From an uncultured euryarchaeote (lineage in GTDB: Archaea; Thermoplasmatota; Poseidoniia; Poseidoniales; Poseidoniaceae), in contig CALBRH010000013.1 of assembly GCA_937899865.1 (NCBI GenBank), positions 1 to 64,000 of the forward strand: a stretch of DNA of 64,000 nt, read 5' to 3'. The notes under the pieces were generated by a model. The model had not been told where the DNA came from and did not search any database. It saw only the letters and a list, made by a program, of their open reading frames with translations. Of this stretch, positions 37,601 to 47,409 are shown in pieces (the stretch's first letter is position 1; each line of letters starts with the position of its first letter). Both the position numbers and the translations under genes were made by a program.

Positions 37601-38039
37601 AGAGGTGCTAGATTCTGTGTTTGAAGATAAAAAAATCACTAAACTTGTCGATGAAATTATTGCCGAATTTAATCGCTGGAAACCAATTGATATTCATCTA
37701 GAGCAAGAAGCAAAAGGAGAAGAAATATCTGCTGAAATCAAAAATTTCTTGTCGGAGCACGTAGAAATTTACGAGGAATTAACAGATATGAAACGGGAAC
37801 TAGGAATACCGAAGAAAATACGAACTCAAATAAATGGCAAGAAAGTTTTCCCAGAACTACCGGATCAAGAGATAATGTGTAATGGCAAGGTATTGGCCTC
37901 TAAACCACTAGAAGGACTTGGCAGCGTTTTAATTGCCTCTAAAGATAGTGATTTTACGGTCGTATCCAGGGCTTTCGAGGAAAGATTCGGGTACGGTATA
38001 ATCAAGAATAGTAAAATGCTCAATTCTTGGTTAAGTTAA
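34644..38039 (+). CDS. Large alpha-helical (TPR-like) protein with C-terminal PIN domain
   Basis: 1131 aa, mostly helical; C-terminus has VIVDTNIL, KHEIREL, PDQEI and IASKDSDF, the four PIN acidic positions. Confidence 0.75.
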   Translation: MASLQEEHIAKCLDIAFKSNIPKQQRKAKVAKSADWLIMDKKWRSILTLALDETEIPGDDEDTNSPRNNRMMRRRGRGSSPKSAIDWLPDNDAISSDESESDAFRLAVLLINKQLKRGEWNDDLTTLENSIREKCLTNGVDTIWQTLGQKTDLLAQFVAFPTAKKKSKTNKKIDISIGRIDVFNNEELADAIDELSSLCTDASQQIAIQKVQSQLSAKRSLEVSKNLLELTGKASIISVILAISSNAESTKPLKELAKIDKELAQEFEDLTRLISGEVKDWKVSTSGEDNGLARARARFAWLNFPESVSKLPPEEIAKGLEILESIPNSQTQVQNLKWLYLSALAKSGDSKQAADLLISNTLDHSIEIEKLYDLICSLKSEEVYAWLINQMVSLDEGALQYIANHSNSSLELKNECYKQIQDIGGEAWEESSVQAVEIFAQKLEIRRLSKILTENDIAPLSHPYEALLSYHILATNSEQDLWEKFVEIRRQALTTIHSTEPPAYLSSMAQSLIMLMEGNKVDIEPFMILDRNGFKALKLARHALKQGGSGITSRTHIKHLKKSIEQSDLSTLEYNLLSVLIATLNLNQATISLQHGEADEEIFATLNQLVEGSNIPTSLVRSVRQLVFDHDIGLEQLVTWYQQNNPLSPWHTLARAALFAQNNDELNAAREYRRVAESREFDFEHSMVLYRKSIIHLAHAEQWKEAVDLLDNQPALRTAITKRFQLYLRVSFTASNQKTNEATQLLKNFVRRTKQVQEENMDGEMIEKTINFFAEDELDNLRNYPFEHSRVLPPEPFSGRVTAALNSVQRNKRRTRHGFDGRFRNEMLQNPPSIMALYDIARDSADKNPIEGLMYLERAQNSGKFSTSEMKRLYDAERSLFATHKREIPNSARRYLKNLALPPLVIVDTNILVDALVDKIAHSLELAIETSLDSFEHDNFHKVLLSRADAGRINLWLPSIVKHEIRELSKRHNKLKAKFQSSLVKPEVLDSVFEDKKITKLVDEIIAEFNRWKPIDIHLEQEAKGEEISAEIKNFLSEHVEIYEELTDMKRELGIPKKIRTQINGKKVFPELPDQEIMCNGKVLASKPLEGLGSVLIASKDSDFTVVSRAFEERFGYGIIKNSKMLNSWLS

Positions 38040-38710
38040 ACTTGCTTTCGCCAAGCAGCATAATATCTTGTTACGTTTGGAGAATCTTGATTGACAAATT
38101 CAGTGAAAGTAGTTAATGTTAGCATATCAAATGAACGTTTTAACCAATCTTCTTGCAATGGCCATGGTGGAGGTTGTATAGTTTGCTCACCATTATCAAG
38201 TCGGCCAATACAGAGTAATTGGCCATTATGATTGAGTAATTTTGGCATTTGCTCAGCAGCCCTTTCTCTTATTCCACCATCTGGAATTGCTTGAAGAATA
38301 TGTATTTCAACGACAAGGTCAAAATTTCCAATCCATTCTTGTTCAGGATTGAGAATATCTCCAACCAACCAGTTTACATTGGATTTTGGAAATCTCTCTT
38401 TGCACCAATCAATGCAATGTTTTGAAATGTCAAATGCTGTAACGGAAAAACCAAGGTTTTCCAAGCCAATTGCATCATCTCCTAGTCCACAACCAATAAT
38501 TAACGCTTTACCGATATGGCAATTTTTCTCTACCCAATCCATCATTATTGGATTAGGGTACATCCTTGCCCAAGGAATTATTGCTGAATCTCTATCAGCC
38601 ATACCGTATAGTTGGTCAAACCAATCAATAGGCTCATCATTTACTGCAGACTTAGCCTGAGAAATAATCGCTTCACGTTCAGCCTCTGAGATATTTTTCA
38701 TCGTACTCAC
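38036..38710 (-). CDS. Class I SAM-dependent methyltransferase (TPMT-like)
   Basis: [42 protein letters not shown]. Confidence 0.88.
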   Translation of the reverse strand: MSTMKNISEAEREAIISQAKSAVNDEPIDWFDQLYGMADRDSAIIPWARMYPNPIMMDWVEKNCHIGKALIIGCGLGDDAIGLENLGFSVTAFDISKHCIDWCKERFPKSNVNWLVGDILNPEQEWIGNFDLVVEIHILQAIPDGGIRERAAEQMPKLLNHNGQLLCIGRLDNGEQTIQPPPWPLQEDWLKRSFDMLTLTTFTEFVNQDSPNVTRYYAAWRKQV

Positions 38711-39933
38711 ATGTGGGAAATAATTGCGTCGCCAAACTCGCTACACTTCAGTAATTGAGCATCGTCCATCAAGCGCTCAAAATCATATGTTACGGTCTTT
38801 GCAGAAATAGCACCTTCCATGCCACTTACGATAAGGTCGGCAGCATCAGACCAGCCCATGTGGCGCAACATCATTTCAGCACTGAGTATTACGCTACCTG
38901 GATTGACTTTATCTTGACCTGCATATTTTGGCGCAGTGCCGTGTGTTGCTTCAAATATTGCAATACCAGTGTCGTAATTGATATTAGCTCCCGGTGCAAT
39001 TCCAATTCCACCAACTTGAGCTGCTAGTGCATCGGAAATATAGTCACCATTGAGGTTCATAGTTGCTAGAACAGAATATTCTGCAGGTCTTGTGATAATT
39101 TGTTGTAGCATTGCATCAGCAATGACATCTTTGACAATTATTTGGTTTCCGGTTTTTGGATTTGCAAAAGTACACCAAGGTCCGCCATCAAGTTCTACAG
39201 CACCAAATTCATCTTTGGCAAGTTGGTATCCCCAATCTCGGAACCCTCCTTCTGTGAATTTCATGATATTGCCCTTGTGAACTAGAGTAACTGAATCCTT
39301 GTCATTGTCAACTGCGTATTGTAATGCAGCTCTAACAATTCTTGCAGTACCTTCTTGGGAAATTGGTTTGATGCCTATTCCAGAGGTGTTTGGAAATCGG
39401 ATTTTGTCAACACCCATTTCATTCTGCAAGAAATTGATTAGTTTAGCAACACCTTCTGTACCGGCTTCCCATTCTATACCGGCATACACATCTTCACTAT
39501 TTTCTCTGAAAATAATCATGTCGACATCTTGTGGTGCTTTCACCGGTGAAGGAGTACCATCATACCAACGTACTGGCCTAACGCAGGCAAAAAGGTCTAA
39601 TTTCTGTCTAAGTGCAACATTTAGAGATCTGATACCTCCGCCCACGGGCGTAGTAAGAGGCCCTTTGATTGATACCAAACCATTCCTCATGGCATCAAGA
39701 GTCGCTTCAGGTAACCACTCACCTGTGTTGTTGAATGCCTTTTCTCCGGCAAGAACTTCACTCCAATGGATTTGTTTTTCTCCTCCATAAGCCTTCGAGA
39801 CAGCAGCATCAACGACTTTTATCATTACAGGACTGATATCAACACCAATTCCGTCTCCTTCAATGAAGTGTATCGTTGGATTATTCGGTACATTCAGCAT
39901 GCCGTTTTCTAGGGTAATACTCTCGCCAGTCAT
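38707..39933 (-). CDS. icd: NADP-dependent isocitrate dehydrogenase
   Basis: [64 protein letters not shown]. Confidence 0.97.
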   Translation of the reverse strand: MTGESITLENGMLNVPNNPTIHFIEGDGIGVDISPVMIKVVDAAVSKAYGGEKQIHWSEVLAGEKAFNNTGEWLPEATLDAMRNGLVSIKGPLTTPVGGGIRSLNVALRQKLDLFACVRPVRWYDGTPSPVKAPQDVDMIIFRENSEDVYAGIEWEAGTEGVAKLINFLQNEMGVDKIRFPNTSGIGIKPISQEGTARIVRAALQYAVDNDKDSVTLVHKGNIMKFTEGGFRDWGYQLAKDEFGAVELDGGPWCTFANPKTGNQIIVKDVIADAMLQQIITRPAEYSVLATMNLNGDYISDALAAQVGGIGIAPGANINYDTGIAIFEATHGTAPKYAGQDKVNPGSVILSAEMMLRHMGWSDAADLIVSGMEGAISAKTVTYDFERLMDDAQLLKCSEFGDAIISHM

Positions 39934-39991
39934 TCCACTCAGTCTATCCGAGATGCATTCCCTTCAAGAATGAACCGCACATCGGAGAATC

Positions 39992-40384
39992 ATGTTGGGA
40001 CGCGTTGAATGGAAAGAAGGCTCTAAAGTAGACTGCTTCAATGAAGCAGGAGATTGCATTGAAATTGATTGGGATAATGGGCCAACACCAGTACAGGTCG
40101 TGCTTCAAATGATTGGGGCTTGTTCATTAGCAGACATTCAGACTGGACTTAAAGGAAGGAAAATAGACAAAATATGGATAGAGTTGGCTGCCGAACGGAA
40201 GACGACAGCACCTAAGGTATTCACTAAAATTAACATGACGTACCATGTTGATGCAGAAGCACCCAAGAAATTGGTAAAGAGATTGGTAGAGAAAAGTCAT
40301 GAAACATATTGTACAGTATCTAATATGTTCAAGTCAACGGTAGAGATAACCTCAGATGTTGTTGTTAATGGTGAACTTTGTTGA
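39992..40384 (+). CDS. OsmC/Ohr family protein
   Basis: GPTPVQ...GACS...YCTVS two-Cys pattern. Confidence 0.85.
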   Translation: MLGRVEWKEGSKVDCFNEAGDCIEIDWDNGPTPVQVVLQMIGACSLADIQTGLKGRKIDKIWIELAAERKTTAPKVFTKINMTYHVDAEAPKKLVKRLVEKSHETYCTVSNMFKSTVEITSDVVVNGELC

Positions 40385-40942
40385 AGATAACATCTGCATT
40401 GCTTTAGTCAACAAGTCTCTCAAGATGTCGTGTAGAGGCACCCATCTATTTGGAATTGAATTAGGTGCGCCACTAAGATTCAAAATATTATTTTCAGATT
40501 TGATCTTGGCAAACGGCCTAACTGGGCCAGAACCATCAACATTGATGATTACAGAGATTTCATATTCGTCATGATTTTTGGTAACTTTTGCTGATTCAAG
40601 ATTTAATTTAGCATTTTCTGGGATATTCTTGATAATCTCTTTACCTTCTGAGGAATGTAATTCTTGTTTTACTAAGATTTCAAGCAATTCGCTAATGGTT
40701 TTATCCGGCAGGTGAATCTTACTTGATTCGATTACAACATTAGGCACAAGCGCATCTTCCTGTTCTTCAGAATCAACTGATTCATTATCTGACAGCAGTA
40801 TTGCAAGGTTCTCATTTTGTTGCTGCTGTTGACTTACAGCATTGTTAATTTGCCTTCCTCCAACAACACCCAATTCAGCAAAAATATCGATATCTTCTTC
40901 CTCAAATGTTTCAGGCAAAACAAAAGCATCATCATCAATCAT
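40352..40942 (-). CDS. Hypothetical acidic protein
   Basis: 196-aa ORF; its 3' end overlaps the convergent OsmC gene by 33 nt; no motif recognised. Confidence 0.6.
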   Translation of the reverse strand: MIDDDAFVLPETFEEEDIDIFAELGVVGGRQINNAVSQQQQQNENLAILLSDNESVDSEEQEDALVPNVVIESSKIHLPDKTISELLEILVKQELHSSEGKEIIKNIPENAKLNLESAKVTKNHDEYEISVIINVDGSGPVRPFAKIKSENNILNLSGAPNSIPNRWVPLHDILRDLLTKAMQMLSSTKFTINNNI

Positions 40943-41065
40943 GAATAATTAGTTATGACTCATTATACTTAAGTTGATGTTCATCCCTTTCGCGTTTTGC
41001 ATCATGATAGTTTAATCTACGAGTGAGATAAAAAATGTCAAAGGTAGCGGCATTTTGGAAGACAT

Positions 41066-41698
41066 GTGGCTAATATTATGAATTGCAGATTTGTGATATT
41101 TGCATTAACTGGGATGTTACTATTGTTACCAGTATATTCTGTAGATAGTTTTCCTACTGGTGTTGGAGAAATTGGTAATGAGGGGTGTCTATGTCACGGT
41201 TCTTCTAATGCCAATACTGAAATCATAGTCTTAGGGCTGCCAGAAAAATTTGAATCCAGTACGAACTATAGTTTGCAATTAGAATTAGTTAACAATAATA
41301 TTCAGCCGAGTCAAGATTCAGCTCAAGGTGGATTTAGAATAATTATTGATAGTGGAATTTTGGCTTTTCAAAATGATGAAGGACAATTTTTAGAAGACGG
41401 ATGGACACACCAAGAGTCATCTAATCAGCAAAGAGTTTGGAATTTTACCTGGACTTCTCCAGATGACAACACAACTATGAGTAAATTCCTAATCTATGGA
41501 AACGCAGTAAATGGGAACGGATATTCCAACGAAGACAATTGGTTTGTGCTTGAAAAATATATTCCAGGCGAACAAAATTTTGATCCTATTCCGAATCAAG
41601 TAAGTGCTGAGCATGAATTAGAAATGTTTGACAAAGTTATGTTAGTAACTGGACTATTAGCCCTGCTATTAATTTGTTTTAGAGTAATCAAAGATTAG
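41066..41698 (+). CDS. Secreted/anchored Reeler-like (choice-of-anchor V) domain protein
   Basis: Signal peptide, FPTG...GCLCHG, GGFRI, WNFTWTSP, GNAVNGNG and a C-terminal TM helix. Confidence 0.7.
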   Translation: MANIMNCRFVIFALTGMLLLLPVYSVDSFPTGVGEIGNEGCLCHGSSNANTEIIVLGLPEKFESSTNYSLQLELVNNNIQPSQDSAQGGFRIIIDSGILAFQNDEGQFLEDGWTHQESSNQQRVWNFTWTSPDDNTTMSKFLIYGNAVNGNGYSNEDNWFVLEKYIPGEQNFDPIPNQVSAEHELEMFDKVMLVTGLLALLLICFRVIKD

Positions 41699-42825
41699 TT
41701 GACAAACTCAATACTTTTGTTTCTTAATGCTCTAATTTGGCGGTTTTCGCTCGAGCCATGAATTTGTTCACTCTTAACACCGGTTAGGACTAACATTACT
41801 CTTATTTCGTCACCTAAATCCTCATCAACTGCAGCACCCCAAATTATCTTGGCATGTGGAGAAATCTTTTCTTGAATTATTTGAGCACATTTTTCTGCTT
41901 CGCCGAGAGTTAATGATGGGCCACCAACGACATTGATTAGGGCACCTCGAGCATCTGTTGTATCTAATTCTAGAAGAGGTGAATGTAGCGCTTCCAAGGT
42001 TGCTTCTTCTGCTCTATTGTTGGCTGATGAAGCACCTAAACCAATCATTGCTACTCCACTACCAGATTTGATTACTGCTTTCAAATCTTCAAAGTCAAGA
42101 TTTACCATTCCATCAGTAGTGAGTAATTCGGTAACACCCGTAATAGATCTTACAAGCAATTCATCACCTACTCGAAATGCACTTGCAATCGGTAAGTCCT
42201 TGACACCTTCAATTTCTAGTAGTCTTTCATTAGGTATGACTAGAATTGTATCACAATGCTCCCTCAATCGCTCAAGACCCCATTCAGCATTTTGTTTGCG
42301 TAAAGAGCCTTCAGATTTGAATGGATAAGTAACAACAGCAATCGTCATCGCTCCTTGTTGTTTAGCAAGTCTAGCGATGTGGCCGGCAGCACCAGTTCCA
42401 GAACCGCCTCCCATACCTGCAGTGATAATAGCCAACTGAGTGTCATTGGTAATTCTTCTAAGAACCATTTCTGATTCTAGTGCAGCAGCCTCACCTTTGG
42501 TCGGATCTCCACCAGCGCCTCTGCCTCGTGCAGTTCTACCAATCAAGACTTTTTCTTCTAAGGGCGACATTAACAGAGCTTGAGCATCAGTATTTATTGC
42601 ATAACCAGTAACATAACTGTTGTCAAATAACCCTTCTTCAGCAAGTCTGCTAACTGCATTACAACCTGCACCACCAGCACCGTAAACTCTTATTCTAGGT
42701 TGTAGAGATTCTAACAGAGCCTTTAGCTCCTCCTCATTACCTTGTCCAGGAGGAATATCACTAGGCGTGATCTTAACCTGCTCTTCTTCACTCAACTCTA
42801 AAACGCGGTCAATCAAATGGCGCAT
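41695..42825 (-). CDS. ftsZ: Cell division protein FtsZ
   Basis: GAGGAGCNAV, AINTDAQ, tubulin signature GMGGGSGTG, NLDFEDL. Confidence 0.97.
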   Translation of the reverse strand: MRHLIDRVLELSEEEQVKITPSDIPPGQGNEEELKALLESLQPRIRVYGAGGAGCNAVSRLAEEGLFDNSYVTGYAINTDAQALLMSPLEEKVLIGRTARGRGAGGDPTKGEAAALESEMVLRRITNDTQLAIITAGMGGGSGTGAAGHIARLAKQQGAMTIAVVTYPFKSEGSLRKQNAEWGLERLREHCDTILVIPNERLLEIEGVKDLPIASAFRVGDELLVRSITGVTELLTTDGMVNLDFEDLKAVIKSGSGVAMIGLGASSANNRAEEATLEALHSPLLELDTTDARGALINVVGGPSLTLGEAEKCAQIIQEKISPHAKIIWGAAVDEDLGDEIRVMLVLTGVKSEQIHGSSENRQIRALRNKSIEFVN

Positions 42826-42913
42826 GATGGTTAGATTCTCGAACCATCTTTGAAGGTGCCGACTGATTCACATAGAAAAATGTCTATTTTAGGACAGTTT
42901 TTCATTTGCCAAA

Positions 42914-43951
42914 TCAGTCTTTTAGACCGTCTTCTGTCACTTGATAGACACATTCGCCATCTGGTAAGTTTGGTGAATCGACTAATCTTGCGATTCTTCT
43001 ACCACCTTTGGCCTTTCTTAGATATAATCTGAAAGTACTTGCGTGAGCTAGAACGTGTCCACCGATTGGCTTAGTTGGATCTCCCCACATTGCATCAGGC
43101 TTTGAGTGAACTTGGTTAGTGACAAGAACAAGAGCATTGTTAATATCAGCAAGTTGCTTTAGTTCTTTCAAGTGCTTGTTGAGCTTTTGTTGTCTATTAG
43201 CAAGCATTCCACGACCGATAAATTCAGCTCTAAAATGACTTGTTAAGGAATCAACAATTATCATTTTGACATTGAGCCCTTTACTCATTCTCTTAATCTC
43301 ATCGACAAGTAGCATTTGGTGAGCAGAGTTGTACGCTCTTGCAACATGGATTCTTGCTAAAACTTGATCTGGATCAAGGTCAAGACCTCTTGCCATTTGA
43401 GTAATTCTCTCTGGTCTAAAGGTATCTTCTGTATCAATGTAGAATACATCGCCGTCAAATCCACCTTCTGATACTGGTAAAGTACAATTAACTGCAAGTT
43501 GGTGGCCGATTTGTGTCTTACCACTACCAAATGCACCATATACCTCAACCAATGCTTGAGTTTCAAATCCTCCACCTAGTAAATCATCTATTGATTGTAC
43601 TTTAGAGGATAATTTCTGAACTTCTTTTCGACGTTCTAACAAATCGCCACCAGATACGAATCCGCCAATGTTTGCCATCTTCTTAGAAGCAGCAATTATC
43701 TTTCCAGCAACAGATTCACCGATTTCAGCTTGTTCTGCTAGATCTGCAGGAGACATCACTGCAAGAGATAATAGGTCATCAAATCCCGCTTCTCGTAATT
43801 TTTCTGCAGTAGCAGGCCCTACGCCTGGTAAATCATCAATTTTGACTTCAGGAGCATCATCGTCTGTTGGCATCATTAACACCGTGTCCTCTTGAGGGTC
43901 TTCATTCTTTTCAATTTCAATCTTGGTTTTTTTCTTTGCTTTGGTCGCCAT
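42914..43951 (-). CDS. radA: DNA repair and recombination protein RadA
   Basis: Hh[14 protein letters not shown], Walker [32 protein letters not shown]. No intein. Start at 43951. Confidence 0.97.
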   Translation of the reverse strand: MATKAKKKTKIEIEKNEDPQEDTVLMMPTDDDAPEVKIDDLPGVGPATAEKLREAGFDDLLSLAVMSPADLAEQAEIGESVAGKIIAASKKMANIGGFVSGGDLLERRKEVQKLSSKVQSIDDLLGGGFETQALVEVYGAFGSGKTQIGHQLAVNCTLPVSEGGFDGDVFYIDTEDTFRPERITQMARGLDLDPDQVLARIHVARAYNSAHQMLLVDEIKRMSKGLNVKMIIVDSLTSHFRAEFIGRGMLANRQQKLNKHLKELKQLADINNALVLVTNQVHSKPDAMWGDPTKPIGGHVLAHASTFRLYLRKAKGGRRIARLVDSPNLPDGECVYQVTEDGLKD

Positions 43952-44127
43952 TCTTTTCACTTCCAACCCCAGCGATTGGTGTTTAGTATATGAAGAGATT
44001 AAACACTCATTAACAGAATAATCTTCAAATTTGTAGTATTAATTAAAGTAAAATCAAGGTACAGCGCCACTAAAATCACTTTAACTTTCACATTAAGTAA
44101 AATTGAAAGTGAATCAAAATGTGAATT

Positions 44128-44931
44128 TTATTGTCCGCTTTCAGTCGGTAGAGGATTCGGATTACTCTCCTCATCATCGTATGTGATAGTAACATTATGG
44201 TCGATATTTACCTGCTCGTCAGAATTGCTCAACTCAACATCTAATGTCCATACTTGCTTGCCAATATTGAATTCATCGTGTAGCCATTGTGCGTTTTGCC
44301 CATCAGCAATTTGTTCCTGGCCGGAATCTCGTACAACTCCTTCGCCGGTTAGTATCCAATTAACAGTCACAGGGCCGCCAAAAAATCCACCAGCATTTTG
44401 AGTATTTTCAACGGTTGAGTCAATCGCAATTTGAGAAGGCCCTAGACATTCACAATCAGGCGTAGTATCAATATTCATGGTATCTGGGTCGGTAGTGCCA
44501 GATTGACTCCACAGGATTTGTTTATCGATTCTTATGGTGATAGTTGTATTTTCTTCGTTACCGGCATCATCAGTTGCTCCTAGGTTTGCGGTAAACAAGC
44601 CATGAGTTGCATATGTGTAGGTGATTTCACCGGTTTCGTTGGCATCAACAGTAATTCGACTACTTCCATCGCCAGCTTCGAAGTAGAATGAATCTATTTC
44701 TCCTGCAGAGGATTTTGTATATGCGTAGTCAAATGATAGTTCAACTCCTGAAAAGGCTACCTGCTGGCCATTTTGGATATTTTCTTGAATCACTCCAGCA
44801 GTTTGGTCGTAGTATATTTTCAAATCAATTTCTGAATCATCGGATGACTCCTCATCGCCGAAACATCCTGCTAACATTGCTGAACATAGCAATAATGACA
44901 ACAGAACTGCCCGCTTCGTGAAGCCTCGCAT
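44128..44931 (-). CDS. Lipoprotein with PKD-like domain
   Basis: LAGC lipobox; FEAGDGS...TYTYATHGLFTANLGATDDAGN is PKD-like. Confidence 0.75.
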   Translation of the reverse strand: MRGFTKRAVLLSLLLCSAMLAGCFGDEESSDDSEIDLKIYYDQTAGVIQENIQNGQQVAFSGVELSFDYAYTKSSAGEIDSFYFEAGDGSSRITVDANETGEITYTYATHGLFTANLGATDDAGNEENTTITIRIDKQILWSQSGTTDPDTMNIDTTPDCECLGPSQIAIDSTVENTQNAGGFFGGPVTVNWILTGEGVVRDSGQEQIADGQNAQWLHDEFNIGKQVWTLDVELSNSDEQVNIDHNVTITYDDEESNPNPLPTESGQ

Positions 44932-45058
44932 ACAATTCGATGAGCGGCATGAGTAGATAAGGCAATGCCAATAAAATTGGTTTTTTGCGCAAATTCTACA
45001 TTAATAGTCGAAAATCGTCATCGGTGGTTTGAAAATGGGTAAAGCCGGCGGTTTGTCT

Positions 45059-45136
45059 AACGAGGTGGGGTAGTCTGGATATCCCGTCGGGCTCATAACC
45101 CGGAGATCGATGGTTCAAATCCATCCCTCGTTACCA
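45059..45136 (+). tRNA. Initiator tRNA-Met (CAT)
   Basis: Acceptor stem AACGAGG/CCTCGTT (A1:U72), anticodon arm TCGGG-CTCATAA-CCCGG with three G:C pairs, T-loop GTTCAAAT, encoded CCA. Confidence 0.95.
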
Positions 45137-45907
45137 TTAACTATACTCGTAGTAGTCATGTTTAGGTTTTAGAGAATCTAATGCGCTTTGCAATTTAGCA
45201 TTGGCTGCCATCTCTCCACTTTGTATCGCATTTATTTGAGAATTAATACGAGATCTTTGTTGCTGTGCCAATTCGTTGTTTTGTAAACCGTTTAATTCTA
45301 AAGCGTGTAGAATTTTTGTTACCTCTACCGATGGTAAATTTTCTGGCTGGAGGATAAATGTTTGACCAGTTTTAATCACGGGTCCAGAATTACTTAATGA
45401 TCTAAGAAATAAATCACTCATCTTGTTATCGTTTTCAATCATTAATACACCATCAAGAGTCGAAGCCAGGCAACCGCCAGATCGCTTAAACGCCTTGACA
45501 AAGAATGATTTTGCTTTACGCTTTTTTCCAGCAAGAGCAAAACATTTAGCGCATCTATGTAAATCTTGAAAGTAATGACCAATCATTTCATTTGATTGGA
45601 TTATTTTTTTCCTCTCTCGTAAAAGCGTCTTTGCTGATGTAGTCGAAAGTGCCACTTTGTTACGCATTACCAAAACATCACACAAGATTTGTAAGCCTCT
45701 AATTAGCATAATTTGGTCTTGCTCGGAACGTTTTTTATTTTGTAGAAACATATCAGTAAATTGTGTTGCCATGACTTCTGACATCTCTAACCTACCATCT
45801 CTGATGTAACTTTCAAGTTGCATCAGCGTCTGATTTGGGTCATTCATTCCAAACATGCTTACAACACACCGATAACCTACTATCATTTCATGCCTTTGTA
45901 AATTCAA
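45137..45907 (-). CDS. Hypothetical helical protein
   Basis: 256-aa ORF whose stop abuts the tRNA CCA; the true start is probably an internal Met (MFGMNDP). Confidence 0.65.
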   Translation of the reverse strand: MNLQRHEMIVGYRCVVSMFGMNDPNQTLMQLESYIRDGRLEMSEVMATQFTDMFLQNKKRSEQDQIMLIRGLQILCDVLVMRNKVALSTTSAKTLLRERKKIIQSNEMIGHYFQDLHRCAKCFALAGKKRKAKSFFVKAFKRSGGCLASTLDGVLMIENDNKMSDLFLRSLSNSGPVIKTGQTFILQPENLPSVEVTKILHALELNGLQNNELAQQQRSRINSQINAIQSGEMAANAKLQSALDSLKPKHDYYEYS

Positions 45908-45961
45908 TTTTATTTGGCCAAAGTTGTTGTAGCAATAACAACTGGCTTGACTACGAGCAAA

Positions 45962-46480
45962 ATGGTATCTATCGCAATTACTGGTAGCCCAGCAGTGGGC
46001 AAAACAACGGTATCACAACTTCTAGCTAGCCAGGGGTGGGAGGTATTGACAGTGAGTGAATTGGCTAAACAGTTTGAGTGCCAAGGTGAATTTGATGAAT
46101 CTATGGATAGTCTAGAAATTGATGTTCACAAGTTGTCAGAGGAATATTGTCCAGACGGAGATAATGATATCATAATCGATGGCCATTTATCGCATTTTCT
46201 TGATGTCGATGCGATTATAATTTTACGTTGCCAGCCAGATAAATTACGTGATAGACTCGATGCTCGAGGATATGCTGAAGCGAAGGTTAACGCCAATGTT
46301 GAATGGGAATTAATATCTGGAACGTGGGCAGAAATATTAGAATTTGAGATAAACCAACCAATCTTGGAATTAGATGTAACAAATGATTCGCCAAGTGATT
46401 CAATTTCTAAAATAATTGATTGGATAGATAGTGGCTTCGAAGTACCCCAACAAGAAAAAATTGATTGGCTGAATCAGTAA
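45962..46480 (+). CDS. Archaeal adenylate kinase AK6/Fap7-type nucleotide kinase
   Basis: AITGSPAVGKTT P-loop, IIIDGHLSH, LRCQP...RLDARGY...KVNANVEWE. Start at 45962. Confidence 0.88.
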   Translation: MVSIAITGSPAVGKTTVSQLLASQGWEVLTVSELAKQFECQGEFDESMDSLEIDVHKLSEEYCPDGDNDIIIDGHLSHFLDVDAIIILRCQPDKLRDRLDARGYAEAKVNANVEWELISGTWAEILEFEINQPILELDVTNDSPSDSISKIIDWIDSGFEVPQQEKIDWLNQ

Positions 46481-46528
46481 ATGCCACCTTCATAATATTA
46501 ATTTAGTATACTCATAAGTCAGTACTGG

Positions 46529-47311
46529 TTGAGTATGGGTCTTTCAAAAAAAGTTGTTGGTTTCGGTTTAATTATTGCGATTTTAGTTGGCGCAGGTGCA
46601 GCATATTTGCATTTTAGTGAGTCAGATTCAGAATCAGGGTTTGTTGGTTCATGGCGCATGGTAGATGGCGAAGAAAATTTGAGTTTCAAATCTAATGGCG
46701 ACTATTGTGTAACTTATGGCTCGGAAGAGGTATGTTGGGCAACTTGGGAAGAAGACGGCGACGCAATTATTATCAAAATGAATGAAGAGAATAGTTACGT
46801 AAAAATGCAATGGAAGATGGATGGCGATAATTTATTGTTAAAGATCGTCGAAGAGTCTGCAAATGGAGAACAACAAGAGGTACTTGATAGCCCTTGGACG
46901 ACACTTGAACCTCATGATGGTTCAAATACATTCACGCCACATCCTAATCACAATATGACCGCACCAAACATGATATTGTTAGATGCTGATGGAAACCTTT
47001 CAACGAATTCTACCGATGAACTTGCGGTATTGTTGGTTTTGGGAGATGGAGAAGTAAGTTGGGATGATGTTTTAATTACAATATCTATTGATAATGGTAC
47101 CGATTATGAATGTGCAAACCCGGGACAGAGCAGCACTGGTTACTTATGTAAATTACACTGGGATGGAACTAATAATACCATTATTAAGGGTTATAATATC
47201 ACGATTCTCGAGAGCGATTTCGATTTGTGTAATGGTGAATGTTGGCTAAGTTATGACATTACTGTAATTAATTCAAACAGGTCTAGTGGCAGTGCAACTT
47301 CAATTCAATAA
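46529..47311 (+). CDS. Hypothetical exported protein (N-terminal anchor, lipocalin-like domain, C-terminal beta domain)
   Basis: N-terminal TM helix; FVGSWRM...LSFKSNGDY; Cys-containing C-terminal domain. Confidence 0.65.
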   Translation: MSMGLSKKVVGFGLIIAILVGAGAAYLHFSESDSESGFVGSWRMVDGEENLSFKSNGDYCVTYGSEEVCWATWEEDGDAIIIKMNEENSYVKMQWKMDGDNLLLKIVEESANGEQQEVLDSPWTTLEPHDGSNTFTPHPNHNMTAPNMILLDADGNLSTNSTDELAVLLVLGDGEVSWDDVLITISIDNGTDYECANPGQSSTGYLCKLHWDGTNNTIIKGYNITILESDFDLCNGECWLSYDITVINSNRSSGSATSIQ

Positions 47312-47409
47312 GTTAGGATTTTGTCATTTGATTAAAACTCCTAATTAGGATGCAGAATCTTCCGTAACAATGAACCCCTGAATTCATCTCGGAGAGATTG
47401 GTCAGGGGC

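Noticed and set aside
42914-43951. Intein in RadA
   Set aside because: The protein is normal length (~345 aa) with contiguous motifs.
45059-47311. tRNA-iMet as an integration site of a genomic island
   Set aside because: I found no duplicated tRNA 3' end (att site) and no integrase in the window, and flanking genes (AK6, CDP-alcohol transferase, radA) are core.
47375-47408. cccctga/tcagggg inverted repeat covering the SD region of the CDP-alcohol phosphatidyltransferase
   Set aside because: A 7-bp stem with a long loop could occur by chance; there is no other support for a riboswitch or attenuator.
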